Source: Sminthopsis crassicaudata (taxonomy: Eukaryota). From it: DNA of 64,000 nucleotides. The notes under the pieces are model-generated. The model ran no database searches, was not told where the DNA came from, and was given only the letters and a program-made list of their open reading frames with translations. Position numbers and translations under genes: made by a program. The DNA is taken from positions 293,585,765-293,649,764 of the forward strand of contig NC_133620.1 of assembly GCF_048593235.1 (NCBI RefSeq), in the 5' to 3' direction. Positions 26,633-39,681 of this stretch are shown in pieces (the first letter of the stretch is position 1; each line of letters begins with the position of its first letter).

Positions 26633-27470
26633 GGGCGTACTGGAAAGCCGTGAACCTTGTAAACCGGGAATCACAATGGCTCCTCTTCTCCGGATTTCAT
26701 AGTAAAGTGAATCCATCAATCACTCAGGCAAGTGCTTGAATTTTATTAATAAATAAAAGTTATTTTCTTGATTGTGCTTACTGCGTGTCAGGCTCAGCTT
26801 TGGGGTACAAAGAAGAGCCAAAAGAAGCCCTTAAGAAGTGTGTTTTCCTTCCTTCCGGCCCCTCCCTGCCCCCCTCTAACAAGTAACATAATCCCCCAAT
26901 AGGTGAAATTGGGCGTGGGGGTGGGAAGGGGGAGGCGGGACCAGGAGGAGTGAGGAGGGGATACCCAGCTCCAAATGGGACAGAGAAATTCAGAAGAGGG
27001 CCGTCGGGTGGGAAATTAAGAGACGTTTGCGTTAGGATTCTTACAAGGTGCTAATCACTGAAATTGATAAAGACAATAATTATCTAATTTAGCCTGGTTC
27101 AGTGGGATTGATCTGGCCCTACAAGGAGATGATGTAGTCCAGAACGTGAAACAAGGTGCTCAGTGGAATTGAGGAGATGATGGTTAAATCAACAAATAAC
27201 GGTTTCCTAGTGATGTATTGATGGATGTATACTCAGTGCGGGGCATACAAGGAGGAGCTCTCCGGGCCAGAGGGAGAAGCGCACTAGAAGCTCTGGGAGC
27301 CTCAGCCAGGGTTCAGTCGAGCAGATTCAGAAGCCAGACAAGGCAGGGGGGCAGACCTAAGGAAGACAGACAAGTGGTGGCGGCTGTCCGGTGGAGAACG
27401 CTGAAACCAAGATGCGGAAGGCCTCCAGAAAACTAGCCGAGCCCCAAGTGAAGGTGATCAGATTTTGAAG

Positions 27471-28894
27471 TGTTATGCCACAGTCTCCTTGAGCTGTTCT
27501 ACCTCAGTTTCCCTGCACTAGTTTCCCTTATTGTGCTGACTGGGTTTCCCTGAATTGTTCTACCTCAGTTTCCTTAACTGCTCTGCCTCAGTCCCCTTAA
27601 GTTATAAAACCCCTCTGGTTCATTAAGACTTTGGACCATTTGCTCTAAGGTTATAAATTGTCAATGGTAGATGAGGAGCAGATCAGACATCCTGGCTCCT
27701 AGCTCCTTCTGCCTTCAAAGAATTTTTGACACTGTCCCTCTAAAATATTCCAAGAGATAAGATCATCCCGGATACTTCAATTGACATCCTTACTTCTGTT
27801 TATTCAAACATCCTGACTCTGGTTTCCTTTCTCTCTCTCTTTTTTAAAATAATTTATTAATTTTATAATTATAATCTTTTTGACAGTACATATGCATGGG
27901 TATTTTTTTTTACATTATCCCTTGTATTCACTTTTCCAAATTTTCCCCTCCCTCCCTCTACTCCCTCCCCTAGATGACAAGCAATCCCATATATATATAT
28001 TAAATGTGTTACAGTATATCCTAGATACAATATATGTGTATAAATCCAAATTTCTTGTTGCACGGTAAGAATTGGATTCCAAAGTTATAAGTAACCTGGG
28101 TAGAAAGACAATAGTGTAAACATTTTACACTCCTTTCCCAGTGTTCCTTTTCTGGGTGTAGTTGTTTCTGTCCATCATTGATCAACTGGAACTGAATTGG
28201 ATCTTCTCTATGTTGAAGATATCTACTTCAATTAGTATATATCTTCATACAGTATCGTTGTGGAAGTGTATAGTGATCTCCTGGTTCTGCTCTTTTCACT
28301 CAGCATCAGATCATGTAAGTCTCTCCAAGCCTCTCTGTATTCCTCCTGCCGGTCATTTCTTACAGAACAATAATATTCCATAACCTTCATATACCACAAT
28401 TTACCCAACCATTCTCCAATTGATGGACAGCCATTCATCTTCCAGCTTCTAGCCACTATGAAAAGGGCTGCCACAAACATTTTGGCACATACAGGCCCCT
28501 TTCCCTTCTTTAGTATTTCCTTGGGATATAAGCCCAGTAGTAGCGCTGCTGGATCAAAGGGTATGCACAGTTTGATAACTTTTTGGGCATAGTTCCAAAT
28601 TGTTCCCAGCTTTCCCACATCCCCTCCAACATTCATCAAGATCTTTTCCTCTGACTCAGGTTTTCAGTAAGATTTTATTGCTCTCCCCATCCTGACAGAA
28701 CCAAAAGGTTCTGTAAGAACTTTTCCCGCTCTTGTTCTTTTCTTTTTTTGGAAGATAGAAAATGGTTTGACGTTGTCCCATTAGTCACTGGATACTTTGA
28801 GACAAGAGTTCTGCCCAGTCAATTAAACTCTCCAATTAATAAAATATTAAAAACTCTCTAATCTCTATCTTGACTCCGTTTCTCCGGCATTACA
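27471..28894 (+). mobile_element. LTR family B solo LTR with 4-bp TSD (GAAG), itself interrupted by an L1
   Basis: gaag|tgttatgcca ... ggcattaca|gaag; removing it restores gattttgaaggagacaataaagg of LTR A. Confidence 0.85.
27840..28638 (-). mobile_element. 5'-truncated L1 (ORF2 C-terminus and 3' UTR)
   Basis: ORF 28232-28639 WNYAQKVIKLCIPFDPA...WLGKLWY; homologous to the L1 at 14208-15101. Confidence 0.93.
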
Positions 28895-29019
28895 GAAGGA
28901 GACAATAAAGGATTTGGACTTTAACTCCTGGCTGCATTTGGAGGAATTACTCTGAACTGAAACTGCCTCCAGAAGCCCCCCAAGAAACCTGCTTTCAGAG
29001 AATATTTTTTCACAATCAT

Positions 29020-29595
29020 ATAATTTATTCTTTTTTATTTTTATTTAGTACTTTTTCTTTACCAAATATATACATGGGTAATTTTACAACATTGACAATT
29101 GCCAAATCTTTTCTTCTAATTTTTCCCCTCCTTCCCCTCCCCCCCAGATGGCAGGTTGACCAATACATGTTAAATATGTTAAAGTAGATGTTAAATACAA
29201 GATATGTATAAATGTCCATACAGTTATTTTGCTGTACAAAAAAAAAAAAAAATCAGATTTTTGAAATAGTGTACAATTCGCCTGCAAAGGAAATCCAAAA
29301 TACAGTCAGACAAAATTAGAGGGACTGGAAATTCTATGTAGTGGTTCATAGTCATCTCCCAGAGTTCTTAAGCTGGGTGTAGCTGGTTCAGTACATTACT
29401 GCTCTATTGGAACTGATTTGGTTCATCTCATTGTTGAAAATGGCCACATCCATCAGAATCGATCATCATATAGTATTGTTGTTGAAGTATAGAACAATCT
29501 CCTGGTCCTGCTCATTTCACTCAGCATCAGTTCATGTAAGTTTCTCCAGGCCTTTCTGAAATCATCCTGCTGGTCAAATCTTACAGAACAATAAT
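29020..29595 (-). mobile_element. 5'-truncated L1 3' end fragment
   Basis: Reverse complement of gaaatgagcaggaccaggaga...ccagctacacccag...ggcaattgtcaatgttgtaaaattaccc...aataaa. Confidence 0.88.
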
Positions 29596-29854
29596 AGAAA
29601 ATATTATATTTTAGAGAAGAATATTACATGTTTTGACATGGAGGTTCGAAGAAAAGTCCTGAATCCTTCAAACCTAGGAAAGCTCATGGAGGTATGAGTA
29701 CTTGGTACTGATGTAGGCATGAGTTCCTTGACTGAAGTGATTGCCACCCAACTCTCCTTCGAGTACTACTGAACCTTGGGGAGATTTTTTAAAAAGACAT
29801 ATCCCCAGTAAAAAAAAAAGGGTAGGGGTTGGCACAGCCAACATCAAGAATACC

Positions 29855-30040
29855 AGCTAGGTAGTGCGCTGGATAGAGCTCTGGATTCACCATCAAGATC
29901 TGAGTTGAAATGTATACTCACTCGGTGTGTAACCTGGGCAACCACTTGACCTCAACTGTGACAGGTTGTTATGAGGATTAAATGAGACAATGTAGAGTGT
30001 CCGGCATATAATAGCTGCCTAAGAAGTGCTTATTTCCATC
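29855..30040 (+). mobile_element. MIR-like SINE fragment
   Basis: ctaggtagtgcgctggatagag...gtgtaacctgggcaaccacttgacc...gttgttatgaggattaaatgagacaatgta. Confidence 0.65.
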
Positions 30041-30077
30041 CTTCCTCAGAGACTCTGGGAAAAAGACAACTGCAGTC

Positions 30078-30523
30078 TGTTATGGGCCAGAACTTGAAAC
30101 AAGGTACTAATGTACTTTAGTTCACACCTTTAAAGGAGTTCACACCTTTGGAGAGCATATATAAAAAGGAGATTCACAAGGTGGGAAGAAATATAAGCAA
30201 GAAGCCCCCAGGGCCAACCCCATAGAAGCCCACAATCCCACTCTCAGAGGCAGATCAGTCATTCCAACTTCCACCTTTGGCTGGAGACATTCAGAGAGGA
30301 GAGAGAGCTCTCAGAACCAAGGAGAGAGATAGGCCTCTAAGAAAGCTAACCAGGCCCAGGAAAAGAGACAAGATTTTGAAGGAGAAAATAAAGGAGCTGG
30401 ATTTTAATTCCTGACTACATTTGGGGTGATTACACTGAACTGAAAGTAAGGCAGCTTCTAGAAACTCCCCAAGAAACCTGCTGCCAGAGAACATTATATA
30501 TCTTTAGAGAAGAGAACATTACA
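30078..30523 (+). mobile_element. LTR family A solo LTR with 6-bp TSD (GCAGTC/GCAATC)
   Basis: tgttatgggccagaac...agaacattaca; 6-bp TSD with one mismatch, consistent with ERV2 class; mirror copy 59057-59502. Confidence 0.88.
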
Positions 30524-32284
30524 GCAATCTGTCTCTTTTTTCCTGACTGACAAAAGAGGACCACATTGGCTCTGCTACCTAATAGCAATCTCGGTGATCC
30601 AGGTCCCGGGCAAGTAAATTTTTTTTTTTTTTTTTCCCTTTCCTCTCTGTTTCATGTTGCCTGGACTAGATGACTTCAAACTAGCACGGGGTAGAAGGAG
30701 GAGAGACAGCAAAATCAGAGAACTGGGGTTAATTTGGAATGGAGGAACATATACCAAAGAAACCATATTTTAAAGTAACAGCAGTAGCAGCGGCAGCAGT
30801 AGTAGAGGCAAAGGTGGCAGTAGCAACAATAAAACCCTTTTCCTTTGAGCCGCCAGTTTCTTAAGAGAAATCCGTAAAGAATTCTGATTAGTTCAAGTCT
30901 CTAATTTAATTATTGTCTCTGCAGTTTTCCCAGAAGAATCTAAGTTCCTTGGGAGGCTTTAGCCTCTGTATCCCGGTCTCCTAATACTGGCGTGGAGCAC
31001 TGTAGTTGCTTGAGAGGTTTGTTGGATTTTATGAGGGCCCAAAACATCAGAGGTCCCTTTGACTTTCCTTACTCCCTACACTTAATCAGGATGCTTAGTC
31101 CTTTGCATTCCGGGTCTGTGATTCTTGGTCTGCCCTGCCATTTCCACACTCTGCCTACACAAGTGTTGGGTTGCTGTAAGAATGTGTTGCGTCCACGCAT
31201 TCCCCTCCCCAAACTAGGGCTCATTTTCAGGGATATCTGAGCAGTTTTGTAGGATCTGGATTCGGGTCGGGTTACACTGGAGTGAGAACGCCGTGGTGAA
31301 GAGGCGCCCGCCCTCCCTCTTCCTTCCTTCCCTCCCGCTTGTTTGACATTCACTTGCCAGTCTTGTTTCACAAAGCCCCCTCCTCCATCCTTCCCATGTA
31401 CTTGAAATTCAAGGTCTTTCGCCATCTGTCTCAAGCACACTTTCCAGTGGTTTCATCGAGCTCCAGGCCGCTGCTAGCTGAAAGCGGGATCATTTTTGGA
31501 TCGCTTTCCTTCTAGTGCCCTGCCCTCTCTCTAGATTAGATTGTAAACTCCCTGAAGGCAGTCCCAAATACTTGCTCTCTCCGCCTACCCCCCCCCTCCC
31601 CGGAGTGAGCGCCCCAGGACCAGATTATCTGTCAGGTGAGTGCTGGGTAGAAGTTGGCGTAGAAAAGAAGTAGAACTGAAATGGAGAGCCCTGCCCCAAA
31701 CTCAGCCCTGGATTTTCTCCCTCATCTAACCGCTGGGAATCCGAAGATGGGACCTTAGTGGCCCAGAAAAGTGCCTCCCCTCCCCCCAATTCCGAGCGAT
31801 TTCCAAAGTGTGTATGGATGCGGGACAGTGGCGCATTCCCATGAATATCTATGCAAGGACCGCCGGAGAGCCTGCGTTACTTCCCTCAGATAGAAATGGG
31901 ATTTCAGTGCAAATGTGGCGAGAAATTATTTCGGTTTTGTACAGACGAGAAAGCCAAGGGTGTGCAGGAGCGTCCCCAAAAGGAAAGCGTCCCGGGAACC
32001 AAGCGGAACTTTCCTGATTTAAAGGAAACACGGGGAGTTGCCTTGATTTCACCTGGGCTTTGCGGGTAGTTGGGGAACTTGGGAAAAGCTGGGTGGGGCC
32101 TTATGATTTGAGGTTGAAAATATACGGACCGTAAATCCCAAGGCTTTTTTCGCTTAACTTCTGGATAGAAAGTGAAGGGGATGCGACCGTTTTCCTCCCC
32201 CCCCCCTCCCCTTTAGGGGCAAGCAACCCAACCGCGAAGGAGAGCAGAAAGGCCGTAGGACGGCTGAAGGCGGGCTGCGCAGGA

Positions 32285-32360
32285 ACAGCGCGCCAATCAC
32301 AGCGCAGCTCCTCCGTCTCGGTCTCCAGTCCCTGTGGGTCTCTGTCTCTATATATATTCC
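32285..32360 (+). promoter_or_regulatory. H1-type promoter: CCAAT box (GCCAATCACAGCGC) and TATA
   Basis: gcgcgccaatcacagcgcag resembles the H1 CCAAT box GCACCAATCACAGCGCG; ctatatata at about 32348-32356. Confidence 0.75.
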
Positions 32361-32467
32361 CGGGCGGGCTTGGCGCCACTGTGGCGACCGTGTGCAGTGG
32401 CGTTTTTACTTGTCTTTCGTTTTTCCTTTTCTCTTTTCGTGGCTCTCGTGGCCTGGGAGCAGAAAGG

Positions 32468-32814
32468 GTGTCTGGGAACGATCTTGGCCCGCGGGTCGCC
32501 CAGGCGCCCTCGGAGAAGACTCCGGTGAAGAAAGCTGCGAGCAAATAGGCAGTGGAGGAGCTCGGCGCAAGGCTGCTGGGCCACCCATCTTGGAGCTAAT
32601 CGCCAAGGCTCTAGAAGCGCCAAAGAGCGCGGCGGCGTCTGTGGCTGCCTTTAAGAAGGCGATCCCGGCTATAGGAACAACAGTGGCGCCAAGTTGGGGT
32701 TGAAGAGCCTGGTGAGCACCGCGGCCAAGGCCAAGAAGGCGACTAAAAGCCCGGCTCAAGCCAAGCTGCCTAAGCCTAAAAGCAGCCAAACCCAAGGCGG
32801 CGCCCAAGAAGTGA
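32468..32814 (+). pseudogene. H1: Linker histone H1 pseudogene (start lost, frameshifts, internal deletion)
   Basis: Fragments APSEKTPVKKA / GGARRKAAGPPILELIAKA / ERGGV / NNS..KLGLKSLVS / KAAKPKAAPKK* in shifting frames; GTG at the expected ATG position. Confidence 0.9.
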
Positions 32815-33173
32815 AGGGATAATTTGGAAAAATACCTTTTGCCCTCCCGTGCCCTCAGCCCGATCTCAAAATGTGCACAATTATGTCCCAGTTACTTTCC
32901 TGGTGGGCGGGGGTAGGTTGAGAGCGCGAATTACGCACCAATCACGAACGCCCATGCTACCGCTGCCCCCGGCCCCGAGTGGGGGAGGGTAAGGGCGCGA
33001 ATGTTAAGAAAGGGCACCAGAAAGAAGGGGGGCGGGGAAAGTTTCTCAAGTTGGTGAGTGGCTGGAGTTGAAAACCAAGCAAGCGACCGGTTTTCTACTC
33101 GCTACGCCACGGTTTCTGCTCAGAGGAACCAGCGTACGTGAAAATACAGCTACTTTTGTTCGAGGTAGTGGGT

Positions 33174-33189
33174 GGCTCTGAAAAGAGCC
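33174..33189 (-). terminator. Histone 3' stem-loop (H3)
   Basis: Minus strand CCAAA-GGCTCTTTTCAGAGCC-ACCCA. Confidence 0.97.
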
Positions 33190-33217
33190 TTTGGATACAT
33201 AGCCTTTTTTTAAGAGT

Positions 33218-33646
<429 letters not shown>

Positions 33647-33745
33647 TTAAGGGCAGGGACAGGGAAAAAGAAAAAAAAGAAAAGGAAAAAGAGAAGCACG
33701 AGCAGCAACACCCAAAAGACAACGGAGAAACTGGCCAGCCGTCGC

Positions 33746-33862
33746 TTATATTTATATCGACGACAACGTTCTGATTGGAACGTTCGAAAGCCCTACGCCC
33801 AAATGAATTGGTGGAAAATCAACCCTACCCGCCCTCGAAATTCCGAGCAATTTCATTGGATA
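33746..33862 (-). promoter_or_regulatory. H3 promoter: TATA and three CCAAT boxes
   Basis: Minus strand TATAAATATAAG near 33746-33757; ATTGG on plus at about 33774, 33807 and 33856. Confidence 0.8.
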
Positions 33863-35997
33863 ACGTGATCCCGCCCCTCGCTCCCTTTCTTCTGGGCTCA
33901 GTCTACTTGGCTCCTTTTTTTTTCTTTTCCTTCCTTCCTAGGGCCCCCACCTCCCCAGACCTAGCCCCAGCCTTACTCTCGTGCGCTCGCTCACACTCAC
34001 GTGTTTTAAATTTTTTTGCCGTTTCCCCCTTGAGATTTATTTTTATTTTTATTTTTTTAAGGGATCGATCACAGACTTCTTACTGATCATTACGTTGGTC
34101 TCTGAGTATTCCATTTTCTTTTAAGTTCGACTTTTACATTTACTCTTTTCCTTTTACATTTAGAGCATTCTATCGACTCTCTACTCCCACTACCTCCGTA
34201 CGAGTCCATTCTACCGGTCTAGAAGACCCAATTCCAGGTTTTCTCCTAGTCGGAGACTTTCCTCCCTCTCGACACCTCTCCTCCGTCCCGCGATCCAAAC
34301 CACGATTTTCGCAAAACAAACAAACAAACAAATAAACAAATAAATAAATAAACACTTTTTTTTTTTCTTTTAAACGACTGTATTCTTATGGCTCCTCTTG
34401 GTTTGCTGTTGGACCCTAAGTTTACATCTTCGATGGGTTTTGGGGAGAGGTCAGATGAAGAAGAGAGGAAGTTTCTAGGCGGTGCCATCGAGCGTGATGA
34501 TGTGTTTGCTGTCTGCCAGGGTCGTCTAACTAAATTCACATCAGGTCAGGTCGGCCCTCTGCTTATTTGCAGAGGAGCTAGCTCTGAGCCAGTGTATACA
34601 CACGGGGAAACTAGCAGGTGCCTTCAGATTAATTGCAAGGAAAATTTTAATAAACGCCTACCTTTTCCAACGAACTATGGACATTACTCCTTTGGTCACT
34701 CAAAGGACAAAGAAATAAAACAACAAAAAGCAACCAACCACGAAGTGTTTCTTCTACTGGAGGTTCCGTAGTAGAGGAAGGAACCCGAGGGATACAGCTT
34801 GTACAAACACAAAGACAAACACAAAGGAGGAAAAGAGCTAGAGCAATCGGATCATAAACTCATAAACTCATAAACTCAGCTTCAGATGAAGATCAAGATT
34901 CCGTGGAACAATCTGCGTGAAGCTTGTGTTGTAGCAAGAGACAAAAGGAAACTGTTGAAGGATTGGGCCGTGATGGCTCTGCAGGAGCCATCGGGGCATC
35001 AGAGCCGCCCTTTGCTTTAGCAAGATTTCTGAAGCTGCTTGGAGAATAGATGAACGGGAGAGGCTAGAAGCAGGACGACCAGGGCCAGAAACGGTTTTTT
35101 GTGGTGACAAATAGAGGAAAATTTGAACTCGGAGGTGGATGGATGCGAAGCGCTTAAAGGAACTGGGGTGGTGGAATGGGGGGGGGGGTGCAGACGTATT
35201 AGGAACCACCGCGACTGAGTGGGGTGCTAAACGATAAGGAACGAAATGGTTTCTCTCCGAGAAAATGAAGGCTTTTCGAGAAGGCGAGAATGGGCTGGGG
35301 ATGGGAAAGACTTAGGAAGATTGTCTTTGGCGAATCCTTTTGGACTGGGAATTAGTAAACCAGGAGTCCCAGGGAAAGGATGAAGACCGGGCTCCCTGAG
35401 TTAAGACGATGAGTAGCATAGAGTGGTAGCCAGGACAATTCTGGAGAGACATCCAAGCTTATAGGTCCGGAGGTGGACGATGATGACGCAGCAACACAAG
35501 GGAAACCGAGGAAGGGCCAGCCCGGAAGGAAGAGAGCCAGGAGAGAGAGACCCAAGTTGTTTCATAAAGCTTCACTTGAAATTTGGCAATTACGTTCCCT
35601 TCCTAAGAGAACTTCCCTAGTACATCAAGAATTGGTCTAAATTAGACCTCTCAGAACACCCAAACATTACCCTCCCTTCTCCTGAGTAAGGGGTCCTTTC
35701 TGTGACCGTCTGACTTCCCTGACTCAAGTCTATGCGGCACCTCGGGGCGGAGATAACCTAGCCTCCTCTGTAGTAAGATATGTACGGTTTGTCAATCCAA
35801 TGCTTGATGAGTGACTTCGGGCACTATGTCATCACGGCTTTTCCTCCCCAAAGCTAAGAAGTTTGCCAAGCCGCGGGGGAGGGGGGGAAGGAGTGAGTAG
35901 GGGAGGGAGAAGTATTGGTGACCCCATAACCATCTCGACTTTCCCGAAGTAGGGGCAGCCCAAGTTTTTATCCAGCTCTTTCTTTGAAAGCGTGGGC

Positions 35998-36013
35998 GGC
36001 TCTGAAAAGAGCC
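35998..36013 (-). terminator. Histone 3' stem-loop (H2A)
   Basis: Minus strand CCAAA-GGCTCTTTTCAGAGCC-GCCCA then AAAGAAAGAGCTG HDE. Confidence 0.97.
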
Positions 36014-36079
36014 TTTGGTTTCTGCGTAGTAGACGAATCTCCTCATTTCCAGGGATTGTCTGTCATTAGCAGGGCTGGC

Positions 36080-37234
<1,155 letters not shown>

Positions 37235-37280
37235 AATTGGAGGTCTCCGGGGGTGCCTGACGTCTCTCAACGTACACAAC

Positions 37281-37296
37281 GGCTCTTTTAAGAGCC
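37281..37296 (+). terminator. Histone 3' stem-loop (H2B)
   Basis: CAAC-GGCTCTTTTAAGAGCC-ACCCA then AAGGGAGAGCTG. Confidence 0.97.
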
Positions 37297-39681
37297 ACCC
37301 ACTTCTCTCTAAGGGAGAGCTGACGCGCTAAATGCACCCGGCTTTCCGTGGGAAGCCTTGGAGTCTGCTGTTTCTCTAAGTGCGAGGGGGGGAGGGGTGC
37401 AGGGCGGAAGGGAAAGCTGGAACACTGCCGGCCGAACTGCCGGCCGCCAGCTAGGGCTGCGGGTCCGGGTTCCTCTGACCTCTTCTCTTAGTCACCACCC
37501 CAGCAGTCAACCACCGATGCCTCAGCCTCTCAAGCCATGGCTGTTTTTTCAAATTGCGCGCACTTGTCCCGACGTGGTGCCACGGAGCGGCAATCAATGT
37601 TCTGTTTGCTTTTTGCCCTTCACCCAAGAGACCGCGGCTAGCTGTCCGTAGATGGACCTAGCTCGCCTTGCTGCCAGCTTAATAAGTCTCTGACAAATCG
37701 GCCTTCCTGCTCTTTCAGTAGAAGTCGATACGTGCCCAGGGCTGTGCTGGGGAGAGACTCAGACACACCTCCGCTCTCTCTCGATTAAGGTAGAGTTTGC
37801 CTCGGGAACTCTGCTCTACTACTCCCTTGCTTGGGACTTGCAACCCGCAACCTAAATGTCATCTCTCGGAGCTTCGGGGAGGCTGGGGAAAGGACGGGCT
37901 GGACAAAAGTGAAACTACTGATGGGTCAGCTCAGGCTACTGCTGTTACTCAGTTCGTTAATGTCTGCACGTTTTTGTTCTTTTTTTGGTATAGGCGATCG
38001 GTTATCTTCTAGGAGCTGGCCCCCTAACCTCCCTCTCTCTCCTCCCCCCATCCCCTACCCCACCCAGGTGGTGGAGGGGCTAGGGACTGGGAAACGTTGC
38101 TCTGTTCTGGTCTAATGGAAAGGGAGATTTGAAGAAGTTTTTAAGCCGGCAAAACAACCCGACAAATTCTGCCCTTTGGCTCCTTCCTTACAACTATTCC
38201 ACCGGGCTGGTCGGAACAGGGTTGATAAAGGGTCAAAAATCAGGAACATTTTCTAGTGGGAAGTCGGGGATGGATAGAGACGGAGAGGGCTCTTGTCTTC
38301 AGGGGATCATGATCAGGATTACCTTCCAGTGACACTTGAGCTAAAGAGTAAGGCTACTAAAGAGGGGGAAAGACCATGTATTCCAGGAGGGCCCAGTCTC
38401 GGAAACAACATGACATTTTGCTTGCCGTGCGCTGTACATGAGGGAGACTAGTATTCCTAGTGGATATATCTAGAATGGTTGGTTGCAAGTAGATTTATTA
38501 AGGCTTTTAAATTATCAGTAGAAAACTTGAAGTTTGATGATGCAGCAGTCACGTTCAGGAGCTAACATATATTGCTTACCGTAGAGTAGCAACTCCAGAA
38601 TAGAATATTCATATTCTTGTCATTGTAGAGTCCGGGACACCTCCGAGGTCATCTAAGGTAGTCCTCATCTTAAGTTACTTGCATTAGTCCGGACAAATAG
38701 GTAGAGTAGGATTTGAACCTGTTGTCCTGTGATTGTCCAGCCAGTACTCCTTCGCTACCATCTAAATTATATAACTAGCAGATGGGACAATAAAACTAAA
38801 TGTCCAGCTAAGTTTCCATAAATACTGTCATGATCAGTAATCACATGATGTATCATATAAATAATTTCCCTGTGATATATGCAAATCTTGAAGTCATCTA
38901 GTGTGTGTGTGTGTGGGGGGGGGCACGAGACATTTCCCCCCCCCACATGTGTGCATGCAGATGCACACTAGTGACAGGCTTAATCCTGAAACTAGATTGG
39001 GGTCTCAGACTCTCCCATGTGTTAGGATTCTTACAAGGTTCAAAGTCACTGGAATTGATAGAGAAAATAATTATCTAAGTTAGCATAGTTCAGTATGATT
39101 GATCTGATCCTACAAGGAGATGTTATAGACCAAAACTTGAAACAAGGTACTGAGTGGAACTGAGGATGCAATAGTTAAATCTAGTTTAGCATTGATTTAA
39201 TCCTACAACAAATAATTGTTTCCTAGTGAAATGATTGGTGTGTACTCAGTATGGGGCATATAAGGAGAAGCTGTCAGGGCCAGAAAGCACTAGAAGCTCT
39301 CAGAGCCTTAGCCAGGATTCAGTTGAGGAGATTCCTAAGCCAGAGAAGGCAGGCCTCTCAAAACCAAGGAGAGAGATAGGCCTCCAGAAAGCTAACCAGC
39401 CCAAGGTAGGAGACAAGAATTGGAAAGAGACAATAAAGGATTTGGACTTTAACTCCTGGCTTCATTTGGGGTGATTACTGAACTGAAACTAAGGCTGCTC
39501 CCACAGACCCCAAGAAACCTGCTCCCAGAGAACATGATATTTTAAAGAAGAGCATTATATTCTAGCGTCTGAACGTGGGACATATACAATTCTGATTTAG
39601 TGGAAAAGTCTTCTCAACCCAGAAATTAGGATGAGTACAAGGAAACTTTGTTAAAGGGCCAAAGTTGGTGCTTCAGCTAAA

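Larger units (their letters stand above)
27030..29628 (+). mobile_element. LTR family A (ERV2-type LTR) interrupted by LTR B and L1 insertions
   Basis: Homologous to LTRs at 30078-30523 and 39020-39559; pieces at 27030-27470, 28895-29014 and about 29596-29628. Confidence 0.8.

Noticed and set aside
30560-30620. Possible snRNA (U1/U11-like) suggested by tttacttgcccggg and ggtgatccaggtcccgg
   Set aside because: Similarity is limited to a few bases; no Sm site in context, no full-length match, no PSE.
34880-35160. Full H3 pseudogene around the 22-nt H3 match, ending at gcgcttaa
   Set aside because: Spacing to the putative stop is 170 nt rather than the expected 126 and the intervening sequence does not align to H3.
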